From Xylographa opegraphella (lineage: Eukaryota): a stretch of DNA of 64,000 nucleotides. Positions within the stretch are counted from its first letter, which is position 1, and every line of letters starts with the position of its first letter. Where the stretch lies: contig JALDZX010000009.1 in assembly GCA_022813865.1 (NCBI GenBank), positions 310,001 through 374,000 on the forward strand, in the 5' to 3' direction. The notes under the pieces were generated by a model. It had not been told where the DNA came from. It was given only the letters and a program-made list of their open reading frames with translations, and made no database searches. A program made the translations under genes and the position numbers. Of this stretch, positions 48,487-62,579 are shown piece after piece.

Positions 48487-51400
48487 TGGGGGTGATAGGG
48501 GGCGGTCAGGTGCTGGTGAGAGTGTGGGCCATGTTAGGAGTGTCTGGGAAGGAATTCTACGGAGCCAAGAGGGGGAACAAGGAATGTGTGGGGTCTGATT
48601 TTGCTAAATAGAGAGACGAATGTGACCACGAGTTCATTATGGTGTTTCGTGGACATTGCGGTCTGTCGCTTGTAGCGCCCACGGTCCTTGGGGTCGCATG
48701 CCCCATCACGACGTGGGTGCTGTTGCGGTATAAGCGCCATCTGAAGGACTTGGGTGCTTGAGCCGGAGTCGCTTTTCTGGGCGTGGGCTTTCGACTTTGG
48801 CACTCTTGGATCGATTCCGTTGAGGAATGTAGAGCCTCACTCATGACGGGACAGCACATATTTAGAGGAGATATAGATCGTGTAATGTCGATCATAAAAA
48901 TTGTTTATCCGCAAATGTGCCAGATACTGAAGCTATCAATGCACATAGTGCAGCATATCCCAAAACAAATCTGACACCAAACTCTAAAGAGAGTCGAAAA
49001 TCAGTGGTCTCCGAAACGCAAAGAATGCAAATAGGCCTCGTCACTTAGGGGCAGCTTGAGACTTCGGGTCTCCACGATCGAGACCAAGTCATCCGGCCAG
49101 CTGTGATTGCGGAGAAGATGAGTGGGTTCTTGATAGTCCTATGCTATGGTTTTGTTGAAATCATGAGTGAAGTTCGATATGTAGCAATGAATAGAATTGT
49201 GGGGATTTCGATGAATTGATGATGTGCCCCGAACTCGAAGATGCGTGGAAACAGCGAGAGGGGTCACGTGATGAAATCTCCGCTGCTGACCGCGTAAGGC
49301 TTAACGCAGGGAGGGATTCTCTCTTCATGATGACTATCTGCTTCAGATATTGCTGATGGGAGTTTGTCTGATTCCTGGAACTACATACGACAAACTCCCT
49401 TCCTCCATGCGTAGGCAAGGTTGATGGATGCCAGCCCGTGATTCCATGTGTGATTGAGCCCGCCGCTATCAACATCTCGGACCTATCCGCCTAAGCTGGC
49501 TCGCTTCTCTGAAGTGCGTAGACGGTCGACTCGACCTCGGGACCTCAGTAAGTCGGCTCACAATTCAAGCTAGGGCGGCCCCGAGCTGGCTTAATGCTTG
49601 AAATGTTAACACATTCCCTTGTCTTTACTATATAAACACTGATCAGGTCTTTCAAATGTGGATTCGGAGTACAAAAACTTACTATACTTTTAATATTCAT
49701 GTTGATTTGCTGTATGTACATCCGATGCATATGTATGACAAGCTGTGAATCATGTCAATAAGACCGGACTCATATGCTCAGTCGGCGCGGCTTGCACCGC
49801 TGGTTTCAGAGTCGATCTGGCACGAAGGTCGGAAGCTGGGAGATCTCCATCTGTGAAATCATTTAACGAACGAAGAAATCCCGGATGTTCTTCCCGTTCA
49901 GAGCGAGGATGGGGACTATGCTGGATGAATGTCGTGCATGCTGATAGGAATAGGGGCTAAAGCTCGTCCTCCGTTCGATTTAATTAAGCACTGTTACTCA
50001 GAAAGTTAAAAGTTCCTGGGTAAGTCGGACCTCTTCATCATCCATCCCCTGGGTATGAATCAAATGGTCGTCTTCTGGTAGTTGTGCTCTCAAAGAAAGA
50101 ACAAATCTCGATTTGTATCTAGTAACGTCCATCCGTCATCCGCATTATGTTCGTCAAACTCGATCGGGACTACGACCAAGCTCAGTTTTTTCAGACACTT
50201 GTTGTCGAAAAGCGGTACTTGATGTTCAGTCGCTGTTCAAATTTCTCTTTGTAGGACAATTGTCTCAATACTGGAAGATACTAAATGCTATTTCCGAAAA
50301 CTGTATCAAAACCCACGAGCGAAGCTATAATACTACTATACTACTACTACTGCTCCTGTTCCAAGACTATTCCCTACTAACCTTACGACTCCTAATGGAC
50401 CAACGGATGCGGCGAAATACCATCCACCATGGAAATCATATCAGAATCAAGCAGCGAACCCAGCTATGCCCATAGCCATAACGAAAACGGCCCCCAAGAT
50501 CCACGACGAGACCTGAAAACCGATGAAACGAGTATGTATGAATCCCTAAAAACTGACAGAAGCAAAACCCAGCATCTCCCTCAACCCCGTCCAAGACCGC
50601 CCAGCCAAAGAAAAGAAGTCACTTCCCAACACGGGTTCATCTTTAATCATCCAGCACCTCAAAGCCATTCCCTGAAGTTGACTCAAGAGCGGAGATGTCA
50701 GAGGCCACCTGAGCCTCCCATTCCCAAAAAAGCCCTAATGATACAAACACCCCAATTCCAACCGGACCTATCCCCAAAGCTGCACGATGCCGTCGGAAGC
50801 AAAAGGGCCAGTCCGTATCAGCCAGCACTCGTCGTCCTCCAAAAGTATGATTCCTTTTTCTCTCAAACCAGCCCGCTCAAACCCTTTCCGAAGTCTCATC
50901 ACTATATCAAATGAAGCTTCTATACGCTAGTCATCCCACACACACCACACAATCTGCAGGCCTTTTATCGAGAGACTTGGTTTCCCAATCGGTGTCACTC
51001 GCCGTGTAGGTAGCTACTATACTCCGACGGAGAGCACTCGGGTGCGAGAAAAAGCCGCTGTCAAGTTCTCCGCGCTCGCAGACGCCTATGACGCTTGGTG
51101 CTGAATCGCCGGCTTGGCGATGTTGATAGGTCTGACATGTGTGGGACGAGGTCGTCGGTGGGGGGTTACATGGCCAGTGGTGCCTGGATGGGTGGGAAAA
51201 TCGGCGCTGGGGAGAGCCTCGTGCACGTGGGAAGGAAAGCGAAAGGACCAGCGCGCTTGAGACGGGGTTTGGAAGTCTGGAAATGGACTTCGCTTACTAG
51301 GTCTTGTACCTGTAGCTCGAAGAGTGAGTGCGAGCTGGGTGTGCCTAGCCCGTAGGTAGGCGTACTTAAAAGGGGTTGCACATCGCACCGATGGCGTGTG

Positions 51401-51626
51401 GAGCGACTTCGCGTTCTGTCACGTCACGACAATAGCGGTGTGGCAAATCATGGTTGAAAGTATGAGTTCAATTATTACGTTCTGCTTCTATGTTCTGGGT
51501 ATCAATATATCTCCTGCACGTAGTGGTATCTTCGGAACGCCCCATGCCAAACCATCTAATCCAGACCTGCCCTTCCCGTGTATTCAACGCCCAACAGTGA
51601 CAAGCGGTATAGTTTGCAGTAGCAAG

Positions 51627-52685
51627 CTACGATGTTAAAGATTTCACGCTCACGATAGTGTCCCCCTGCTTGGTACAAGATGCTGCGGTGCTGGCCTTGG
51701 TCGTATCGGCCAGCAATGTGGTCCAGCAGGAAACAAATATTTCCCGCATCCGTTCCTGTTCCTCTTGCAGCAGTGTTCTTGTTTGTCGCCTGCTAAATAT
51801 AGACGAAGGTGTCCTTATCAATTCCTCGGCGTGAACATGATAAGGCGTCGGACAAGCCAAGATCCGTGGTTGTACCGGAACATCTTCAGTAGAAGACACT
51901 ATGTCACTGAGCTCCTGACACTGCAGGATAAGCTCCTGAATTCCCCATTCGAGCTGTTCGGCTCTTTCCTCAATCCCCTTGGCCTGTGCAGGACCCCAGA
52001 ATGGATCTCGGTCGAGGACTTTCCGAAGCGATGACCGCCAGAAATCAAATAATGGATAGCCGTGTTCCTTGGATTGTTTACGAAGAGAACGAGACAGACG
52101 GCAAGCAGCAAGGATAAGTCGAATTGTCGGTTCGGAATTCAGGACGTGTGCTACCACACACGCTAGAAAGTGTCAGCCTGTGGTACGGAGCCCAAAAAAA
52201 TATATTACGGTACCGGGACAGCCACGAGTCGTACACCACTCCTCTTCCTCCACGATGAGACACTGCAGCCACGAGAACACCCCCCGTGCCTCACCCCGAA
52301 ATGCAAGTTCAAGATCGAAGGCGCTTTGCGAGCAGAGGAATGACTGTGCCATTGTGGATGCTTGACGATAGACGTGGATAACGGGGAGGATTATAGCATG
52401 CGTGATATCTCTATGTAGCAACCACGCCTCTTCGTCCGCTGGACCTGCCGATACATGGTGCTCGCAGAAGCTGAATGCACATTAGATATGGGCCTCAATA
52501 AAAAACTGGTTGACTTCAAGCTACCTCGATTTCTGCTGACTTGATAGCAGAGTGCGAATGGCTTGAAATGCCCTTGACGATTCGAGAATCTCCCGGTCTG
52601 TAGACCTGACTGCAAAAGGAGACTTTCGGATCTGGTATTCTGGCTGTGACATAGGGAATGCCAGTGGTGGGGTATACGCCATCAT
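51627..52685 (-). CDS. Conserved-looking fungal hypothetical protein with a CxxxxCxxC motif
   Basis: Three exons (introns 52471-52524 and 52163-52213) give an open frame MMAYTPPL...FCEHH...LHRDITHAIILPV...EEEEWCTTRGCPACVV...DPFWGP. Confidence 0.68.
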
Positions 52686-53881
52686 TCTTGTAGGACAGCT
52701 TTCCGCGGAAGTGATTGCAATTGAAAATCATGAAAATGTGAGGATAACATGGAACCCAGGATGCTCCGTAGTTAGGTAGGGTGTTGTCATCCGGACGTCA
52801 GACAGGTTCAGTCCGCTGTTATAGATCCGTGAGTATGCAGCATACATAGGCCCTCAGAGCTGGTAGTGGCCATTGCGCAAGAACAACAGGCTCTGGCGGT
52901 TCGGGACTGACCAAGCCATCCCACTGGAAAAGGAGCTGCAGCATGGATGCTGCAAATTGCTGCACGAGATCAGGTGGGTGAAGTTATCGTTCATGAGGAG
53001 CTACCTATGGAGCCCCCACACATCGAACCAGGGTACGAAGGTGTGATCCACGCAAAACGTGTTACCATACAAGAGCGTGGCGTTGGCAGCTCGAGCCTGA
53101 ATGAGAAGTGTGGGTACGAACATGACGATAAAGCTCTGAAGCGGCCAATGATTTGACGCTTTATCTCACGGTGTCTCATTTCCTGTATCGCGCCAATTAC
53201 CGAACTCGGTTCTCTAGCACAGCCCAGCAGCTCACGTGCAAGCCACTAGTCTGGATCTGGAATTCTCTAGCCTAAAGCTTCCCGACTTTGAAATGACCGG
53301 TACACGAAACTCAGGAGAAAGTCCAGACTCCTTAACGTTGATACTTGAGGCTGGATGCTCCACTTCATATTGAGTATGCACCATCCTCAGATGAAAAGCT
53401 TCTATCCACGCGTGCCAATGATTTCATGATTTAAAGACTTTAGAATGGCAGCTGAAACGCAAAGCGACTTGGTGGTTAAATTATGAATGTGATTCCAGCC
53501 ATCTTCCATAATGTGGTCTCACTTTCCATTTATTGCTGTTCATGCAAGAAATTGCAAGCAGAAGATAGTGGCCGAAGTACTTCTTAAGTCTTCAGCTGTC
53601 ATCATTATAACAATATATGTGGCCACCACCTATGGTGCAATACCAGATATGTCGTGGAAAGGTAAACGAACCGTCACTCACGTTCCAGAAGCTGCCAAAC
53701 GGCACAGACCAATTGATATTTGATATCAGTTGGTGTATATTACTAGGTCTTCTCTATGTCTCGAAAATATCCAAGCTCAATGCTGCCCTCAAACAAACAG
53801 CCACCCCTGGCCAATCAAATGAACTCCACAACTAAAACAAATACGACATTGTACTGATACAACATCTCTCCCCGTTCAAAG

Positions 53882-54742
53882 TTATCCAAAGATCAGCGCC
53901 CGCACCTCAATGCTCTCCCTCGGCTTACTCTCCTTCCCACTGCGGGGGTCCACAAAGGCGGTATGCGGTACCCGGCCCGCCGTATTCTCGCTGTCGAAGC
54001 ACTGCAGCAGCAGCCGATCCTCGTCGCTCATCCCGCTCCAGTACCACCATTTCTGCCCTTCGTTGTACTTCACTCCTGCCGTCTCTCCCGTCCGGTCCGG
54101 ATACCGATGCTCAATTCCCACGAGATCCTCATCCTTCACCGTGCTGCTGTCTGCCACCGCGAGCGGGAACGACTCCACCGCACCGTTGATTGGTCGCCAC
54201 ACATTGATGATGCGGTAACGACCTTTCAGTAGGGTATCCGCTTCCTCGGGTAGATGCAGCCGCACCCGCGCCGCCGCCGACGAGGGTGTCTGATCTATGT
54301 GTACTCTTGTGACAGGCGCGCGGGCAGCGTCAGGATTCGCGCGGCGGATTGTGTGGTCGAAGAGTATGATCCGTTGCGCACCCGGGACTCTCTCGAACAG
54401 TAACTTTTCGACCTCGGGATAGTAGACCTGCTTGATGTGCGCATCATCCGCGAAGGCGGTTTCTTGCGAGGGGATGTTGGTGAGAGTGTCGAAGGCGTTG
54501 CGGTCGAGGGAAAACTCGGACTCGTGGCCGCGCAGATCGTGGATTTGCACCTGCTGGTTGACGGCGCCGAAGTTGTCCTGCGGCTGGCCGGCTGGAGGGG
54601 CTTCAACGTAGTGGAAGGGGGCGGAGCCGTCGCTTGGGGGCGAGTAGAAGGAGAGAGCGGCCGTGACGGGGCCTTGGGGTGGAGAGCGGGACATGGGAAG
54701 GGAGGACTGGAGTTTGGTATGTGTTTGTGTGGTTGTGGTCAT
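53882..54742 (-). CDS. AsaB/CmcJ-like (cephem-methoxylase P8-related) oxidoreductase/methyltransferase-like protein
   Basis: YYPEVE, FDHTIRR, VHIDQT, RIINVWRPI, PLAVAD, PHTAFVDP and RESIEVR. Intronless. Confidence 0.88.
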   Translation of the reverse strand: MTTTTQTHTKLQSSLPMSRSPPQGPVTAALSFYSPPSDGSAPFHYVEAPPAGQPQDNFGAVNQQVQIHDLRGHESEFSLDRNAFDTLTNIPSQETAFADDAHIKQVYYPEVEKLLFERVPGAQRIILFDHTIRRANPDAARAPVTRVHIDQTPSSAAARVRLHLPEEADTLLKGRYRIINVWRPINGAVESFPLAVADSSTVKDEDLVGIEHRYPDRTGETAGVKYNEGQKWWYWSGMSDEDRLLLQCFDSENTAGRVPHTAFVDPRSGKESKPRESIEVRALIFG

Positions 54743-55254
54743 GATGGCGACGGTGCTTGTGGGTGTTCTTGACGTTGCTTCCTCCGAACAAGCTGGGATT
54801 GTAGGATTCGTGATTTGATTGTTATGCAAGTATTGTGTGTGGCAATTGTTAGGAAGTCAATGGGAACTGGACGATGCCAATCTTTATATGCGTTCAATAT
54901 TCTGCTCAATGGATTATGCAGCAAGAATTGTTTGTAATAATGTAAAAACTACCATCCCCACGTCATACGCACTTCCTCTGATGCCATACACGCCTTCCCG
55001 AGCATTCGTAAGGCGCCGGAGAAACGGCTACAGCGGAGCACGCAACTACCGCGAGACTGACTAATGCCTCGGCGGTACCCGGGCCGGGATACTAACCTAG
55101 ACGGTCGAGCATACCGTGTTCGAGAACTATTGCATTCATATGATATGAGTGAACACCTCCATACCACGTATATACGATCAACAGGCGTCCTAATCTACAA
55201 CTATTCCTAAAAAACGAGCGACCTAGGCTACTACTTCCCTCCTGCTAATGGCGA

Positions 55255-56635
55255 TTAGGAAGCAACAATGCTAAAATCATACTGGGCGAACACGACCGCA
55301 GGCTCAGAGTCTACAGTGTAGATCTGATACTGATCCTGGCCCCATTCAGGGTAGTTGATACCATCTATCCACTGCTGTGTTTCGATCACGACCTGAGTAT
55401 CAGAACGTTAGCCGGGTTTTCTGTTCCGCGTCCCTTGTGATGTGCGCATACACAGCCATATTTTTCAACGTAAGTAGTTGTGGAGCCGTGCTGCTGACTC
55501 GCCTTCACTGGAATTGTCCCGTTCATATTATTGCACGAATAAATCTGTAAGCTCTGTTGGTTGGTTCGGATATCCAGCTGAATTCCAGTGGCGTTGCTGG
55601 ACATGGTCAGCACCGAAAGATCCGTGGCCTCGGGTGCCGAGTAACGGGGACGGTCAAGGATAAATGCATTATCGTAGCCAGTACAGTTGTAGCCGCATTG
55701 GTGCGCGTTACTTATATTATGCCCCATCTGCATTGGTGAAGTGAAGTCGAGAAAAGTCCCATTGACGATTTCCAGTCCCCCCGTAGGCACCTCGATACTG
55801 TCTATCTTAATCGCGCGGGTGGCGTACGGCATATGTAGACTGTCGTTGAGGACTGTTGTCGCTTCTGGATCGACGAAGGCTCCCAAATTCCAGTACACGT
55901 GATTAGCCAGCATTATGGGAGTTGGTTCATCGAGCGGAATTGAGACAAGTCGAGAAGTCCATTGATTCGGAGACACAGTGTAAGTAGCATAAGTAATCTG
56001 CCATGAGAAATTAGCTCGATTCATAATATTGAAGTAATAATTGGAAGGGGGAGGGTCTCACAATGGTACCTGGGAATCCTTCGAAAGCTTGGTCCAGTAA
56101 GGAGAAAGTAATGGTAGTAGCGTTATGGGAGACAACGGTCCAATTGCGCTAAATCATTTCAACAACTGCTTGACTGTGCCTTCAATTGTTCATACTTGAT
56201 CATAACCAACGATTCCCCCGTGCAGAGTGTCCTCGCCATTATGTTCATTCTCTGGAATGTGAGAAGTTACACCCTCGACCGTGAATGTGCCGTTCTTGAT
56301 TCTATTTGCGTAACGTCTATCTCCCAGGTCAGTAATCGATTGACTCGGGAAGAAAAAGTGCATAGCTGAGCCCACCCTACGACGGGCCCGAAATATGTGT
56401 GCACAGTCTCTGTATCGTGCAAATACTGAGTACCATTGTCGTAACCCAGGACCACGTCTTGGGAATTGCCGTCCTTGTCATTGACGTACAAATTGGTAAT
56501 ACGGGCGCCGTATGGGATGAAACTCGCACTGATACCCGGGGCACTGATCGTGTATTTTGTGAACGGGGACGCTTGAGCAAAAGCACCTGCAATCAATGGA
56601 AACGCAAGCCGCAAGAGATTACACAGTGAAGGCAT
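55255..56635 (-). CDS. Secreted aldose 1-epimerase (galactose mutarotase-like)
   Basis: Signal peptide, DVVLGYD, GRYANRIKNG, LHGG, GFPG, NHVYWNL, GYDNAF and VIETQQWIDGIN. Four GT-AG introns. Confidence 0.9.
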
Positions 56636-59600
56636 ACTTCTAATTACTTTCAAGTCAATACACGTTCAGCTAGGTGAGAACAGAGTTGGAGAAAAGAAAG
56701 GGAGTGAATTGGCTTTATGCAGTCTCGAGTCATAACCTCGACCTCGATGCATGGTGTGAGCTCAGGTACGAGTAATCATTTGACCCCGTAGTTGGGGATC
56801 TCCATGCCTACTGCTTTGCGGGGTTGTACCTTTCCAAAGTGGTACAAGTTCAAGCAGGCCGTCCATCAACAGTTGGGTTTCTTAGATTCCAATAATCTCA
56901 CGAGCCTTGGTCTCACCATTGATACGGTCGCCAATCGTATGACAGACAAAGAAAGCGATGGGCGAATTTTAAAATGTTCGTAGATGTTTACAAATTGGCG
57001 GGATCGAAGTTGTAAATGGAGTTTGAAAAAGCCCCTGACGATGACGAGTGTGGGGAAGGACCCCGGTCATGGTTAGTGAGGCCAGATTCGCCAGCGGTCA
57101 AAACCAATCAAAAGCTCATCACGGAAGTCCACGATTCTGGGTGCTTTATGGCACTCTGCAGTCTTGTTTTCGAAGATACTCTTGATTGGCCACGGCGCCT
57201 AGAATAAGTGACGGGGGGCGGGTTCTCCCAGAACAGTGTTTTATCCTTGCACGTGACAGCGAGCCTTGCAACTACCGTAGGCTGTGTCAGAGCATGCATT
57301 GATAGTGTACTCAGGGTGGCAAAATATCTGGTCGTTGAGATATACTAACAAAGCCATTTTCTTGCAAGCAATGGGAGTTTTGTGCGGACCGTTCAACATT
57401 CTGCCTCACCAACGCTGATATGTTTGTCTCGCTGTCTTGAGCTGCTGTCGTATTTCTGTGGCTTGTTATGACATTCGGGTTCACACCCACAGCACAAGTG
57501 CACTTGCTCGACTCAATTGTGCACAATGTATTCAATTTTCCACTGGATTCACAGGAGCCTATTCCCGCCAGTCACCGTCGCTACGCCCTTATGAATGGAA
57601 GCTGGAACGAGGTGCTCCGACTACGAAGGGAGCTTGGCATTATGACCAGTCGACGCTCTGTAACAGTACCGCAAGCTACATTTGGTGAAAAGGCAGCCGT
57701 CTGTCTTCGTTAGTGGTCTGGACACTTTACCACCAACGCTCTGGTGAACGACGGTAATATAATGCCGGCTGTTGAGAGCACATTTCGAGCAATGAAGTGG
57801 TATTCATGTTTCCTATCCATAATCTGTTCGCAATATGCGATATTTCACCATCATGGTTCCAAGACAATCGGGCAAGACTTGTAAATCCATTCCAGTGCAA
57901 TGTTGTGACAGCTTCAGCAATAGCAATGATTTCGACAATGATGTTAGCTGATGTAGTCAGTGGAGAGTACATTTCTGCCGCAAGTTTTGAGACGTAAGAC
58001 TGACCGTCATAGCAGATATTATGGCAGCCGAAGGCATGATAGCTTGGACCACACCAGCCGTCCACTCATCCCATTCGGAACATGAGCTGTACTGAGCTAT
58101 TCAACAAACCATCAAATCCAGGTAGAATCCTTGGTGGCTAAGGATTGAAAGCAACAGAAATTGCTAGCCTGAAAGATGATGCTCAGTCTTGGGATACCAC
58201 TTGCCTAATTCCCCAATTGGAGCGTGTGCTTTCTCACCCGACCGTCATTATGTGGCCAGTACATGGCAGTTTGAAATACCCCGGGAACTTGCAAGCTGTT
58301 AGAGTCAGACCTTGTTCAGTGGCGACATCAGCAACAGCAAGATTTGGATATTCTGCTGGATTGCCTACCCGGCATCGTACTTTCCCGGCTGTGGTGTAGC
58401 GCAGGATCATCGAATCCGGGGGTGCGCTTCCGCAAAAGCCAACCCGGATGAAAATCTGCTTAGATACCACCGGCGACATTACTCGGAGCCAAGAACTTAC
58501 AGGAAGAGGCCTCGGACTCGGAGACATACGAAAGTCTCGACCCTTCACGGACACTACCTACGCCATTATGCAGTGATGATCGGAAGATCTACAGAAGGTG
58601 GTAGAAGGCCGGACCTAATAAGGAAAGGAGACGGAGTTGCCTCGAATAAGGCAGGAAGTCACCTCGCTATGGGACCACAGGCTAGACCACAATACTAGTT
58701 TCCTACACAGTACACACATGCAACGAGATTCGGGCTCTGCGTCTGCTTACGTTAACATCGCTAATAGAGGTGAAGAGAGATTTTGCAGCAGCGGTCCATC
58801 ATCACTGTGCCCTGAGCTGCTCGTTACCATCTTTGTCACGCGCTTCCGATTCCCGGTCTCGCCTGCAAAAGAGCCATATTCATATGTTCACAACCTTTCA
58901 CAACAAGCCACAAATGCTTTTGTGGGAACCGAACGGAGGACGAATGGACACTAGTGACCAGCATCGGGGTGAAGCTAAAGTTGCATATACCTGGTCAAGC
59001 CATGGGAGGATTCATATCCCAACAATGCTAACCACACGCAGGAGAATTCAGATTCAACACTCGAATCATGAAGTAAATGCATATATAGGGATACTACCTC
59101 ACCCCCACTTTGCAGACACCATTAAGAGTATAGATAGAGACACATTTCGGCAGACCCATGAGGTCCATAGTTGGTACCTCGGAAGTCGTTGAATGAAAAG
59201 CGTGGGCCGGCCCGTTTCATCACGTGATGCCAAGGGGGCTGGCTGCTCGGCACTTCCCAATTGACAGGGGAGCACCGTTGAGGCCTTGCCGCATTCAACA
59301 CGGAAGTGCCCACAGCTTCCCACGCTTAGCTGCAATATCATTTGACTTCTGGCATGGGACCACAACTCGTTCTTTTGTCATCTGCCTCCGTGAACCTCGA
59401 TGATGGCAAGTATTACCCCAGATGCGGGGAAGCTTGCAGTGTCCGGCAAAAAGTAAGGACAAACTGGGACGAGGTGAGAGAGAGGGAGGAGTTACCCTGG
59501 CAGCCAGCAGGCATATTTGAGGCTCGGTCCACTTGGGCGTTGATCTAGAGCCAATCAGCTGTTTTCGCTTTGCATTTCGGTATACTTCAATAAATCCACA

Positions 59601-59729
59601 CATACCTCAATATATGCACGGCGTGCCTAGTCCGTTTACATAACGGACCATGGCGAGCCTCAGTGTACCACTTTCGTGACGGGCCATGTCGTTGTACGCT
59701 TGCTCGACCTTGTTGCCACCAACTGCAGC

Positions 59730-60054
59730 GGCTAGTACCTTTTACCACCCGAGTTGTGGGACATAGCGGACCACAAGGCCTGGGGTACCGTGGGGTACTG
59801 ATCTCAACGGCTAGGCATGGCCCTCATTATTGGCAAATCCGGAGATCTGGATGTCCCCCAAAGCGTGCCCCAGTGTGTTCTCTGCAGGGACTGCCCGTGT
59901 AAATGGGTAGCCTATCCGTCCACCACCACCTCCCTCTCACGAGCACCTCCTCGTCGATCTATTTGCCGAAGCATCTGGATCGTCTCCGGACTGGGGGAGC
60001 GGCGAAAAATTTGTTTGGTCCATCCTAATTGTCTCCGGAGTCAAGATGTATAAA
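59730..60054 (+). promoter_or_regulatory. Putative mannanase promoter: TATA box with CreA-like and XlnR-like motifs
   Basis: TATAAA at 60049. SYGGRG matches at 59780, 59790 and 59991. GGCTAG at 59730 and 59809. These are short motifs and could be chance matches. Confidence 0.4.
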
Positions 60055-60133
60055 GTATGCGTCCTCCCTCGTATTTGGCAAACATTGCAACATCAACTCT
60101 ACACAACGAAGCAGTACATCCAATCTTGCCAAG

Positions 60134-61504
60134 ATGAAGACCTCACTGGCACTCCTCGCGACTGTTCTCACCTCCGTCTCATCCTTGGTGGTACCACGGG
60201 CGAACCCCAAGACCACTCATGCCTATGCGAATGGCAGACTATTCAACATTGATGGAAAAACACAGTATTTCGCAGGTGAGGTTATTGTGGTTCATACCAC
60301 CAACTCATATTGACTTGCGGTTCAGGTACCAACACTTGGTGGCTTGGACATCTGATGTCCGACGCCGATGTGGAGACTGCTGTCTCCGAAATGGCATCTG
60401 TAAGTTTATATGTTCTCCCAACGCGGTTCGAAGCAGCTGACCGTGATTTAGACTGGACTTAAGGTTACCCGAGTCTGGGGTTTCGGCAACGTGAACACTG
60501 CGGCTGTAGGTTTCGCCTCCTGAACCAGTGTATTGCTCAGATCGCTTACACATCACATCATAGGGCAATGAGAACTCCGTCTACTACCAGATTCTCAACG
60601 AAAGTCTTCCAGGCGGCCAACAGATCAACATGAATGCCAATGGTAGGAAGCCAATCCCTGTCATCTTCCTGCTTTTATTAAGTTTTCATTAGGTATTGCT
60701 CGTCTTGATTCTGCCGTTTACACCGCACAAAAGTACGGAATTCAGCTAGTGCTTCCCATGCTGAACAACTGGGGTGATCTTGGAGGAATTTCCACTTACA
60801 CCAACGCCTTCGGAGGAAACGCCACCTCGTTCTACACAGATGCAAAGTCGCAAGCTGCATACCGAAACTACATCGAATTCATCGTCAACCGATACAAGAA
60901 CACCAACGCGATCTTTGCTTGGGAGCTCTGCAACGAGCCGAGATGCCACGGATGCGACACCAGTGTCATCTACAACTGGGCCTCGGAGACCAGTGCATTC
61001 ATCAAGTCACTCGACCCCACCCACATGGTCGCGCTGGGCGACGAAGGCTGGATGGCGCCACCGACCGGTGACGGATCGTACGCCTACTCGGGTGCAGAAG
61101 GTGTCGATTTCATCAAGAACCTTGGCATCTCGACGCTCGACTACGGTACCTTCCACATGTACCCAGATCAGTGGGGCTACAATTTCACCTGGGGCAACAC
61201 CTGGATCGAGCAGCACAACGCCGCCGGCAAGGCCGCCGGTAAGCCAGTCGTGCTCGAGGAGTACGGTGCGCCGTACGCCAACAACAAGACGGCGATTGCG
61301 CTCCCATGGCAAAACACCGTCGTTATGGACACCAGCATCGCCTACGACTCGTACTGGCAGTTCGCCACCGTCCTCCCCAGCGGCACCAACGACGCCGACA
61401 ACTATGCCATCTACTACAACACCGCCCCCGGCAGCGATTACGACACACTCTTCATCCAGCACGCCAAGGCCATGGCAGCCAAGGCGCCAATAGCGAAGGC
61501 ATAG
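60134..61504 (+). CDS. GH5 endo-1,4-beta-mannanase, secreted, no CBM
   Basis: [21 protein letters not shown], acid/base [20 protein letters not shown] and nucleophile VLEEYG. Four GT-AG introns. Confidence 0.93.
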
Positions 61505-62579
61505 AGAATGGGATAAGCGGGTTTGCATTTCTCCTGTACATATTTGTCGTCCGCATATATAGCATGGCATGAATGAAATGTTTCTACGACATTGAACCGT
61601 TGCTTCCTTCCCTAGCTCGGTCACCATGTGATTCTAGAGTGGTGCTCCTGCTAATGATCACTGGCGGTTCCGACACCGACGCACCTTGACTAAATATGGC
61701 TCTTCGACTTGGAAGAGCCCTCCATAGAGAGCGTAGAGAAGTGGCAGAAACACATGACGCGATATTTTAGCTCGTTCATAGTCCCTATGTCAAAGACTGG
61801 TTCGGCGATAGCTGGCTATTATTCTTCGGCGACAGACGTCAATGCTTCCGGGTAAATCTCCGCTCCTTCAGGTAAAGTCCAACGGCTATTCGGCGAAGTG
61901 TCGATCTCCAAATTGAAGCACCACGGTATTCTCCATATCCAACTACCCGTAATAGCAAGCAAGCATAATTGCTTTGAGTTCGAGTGAGAGTGGTGCTATG
62001 ACGCTATGGGAAGTTCAAGAAGTGGAAATGAAATGTTTCTTGTTTGTGAAAAGCTTGGGTCGCGGAGGGCAATCGCAGGTGCTTATCAGGCCATAAACAG
62101 TGGAGCTTGCCCCTGTGCAGCCTAGCTCCACACGCTATCGCCGCCTGTCCCGGCGACCTGTTGCTCACTATCCCCGTAGGACCTCCCCACCCTTGTTTTT
62201 TCCTGCCGCCAATCTCAGCACGAGGATTTGTCCCGTTCGGGTAGTCGAGGCCCTACTCTAGAGCCATATCTCATCACGCCTTTGCTCTCTCCCTTTCCCT
62301 CCCTCTACTCTTCCGGTGTTGTCACCGCCCGTACGCTCGCTCTACCCATCGTCGACGTAGTCAATTGGAGCGGTGAGCGAGGAAGAAAGAATCTCCCGTC
62401 GCTACCTGGGCAAGTTTTCGATTATTTCTGGCCGGCCCTTATCGAAAACTTGAAAACAACAAACATTCGTTCGATAGCTTCAGAGGTGCTCTTTATCAAC
62501 ATTCGCTCTTCAGAAAGGCCTGAACTGGTCATCACCGGTCGCTTCGCAAGCATTCACGCAAGACAGCGTGCTTAATATA

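Noticed and set aside
50429..50914. 161-aa ORF with a good Kozak context (CACCATGG)
   Set aside because: Low-complexity, with no motif or codon-bias support. It cannot be distinguished from a chance ORF without expression data.
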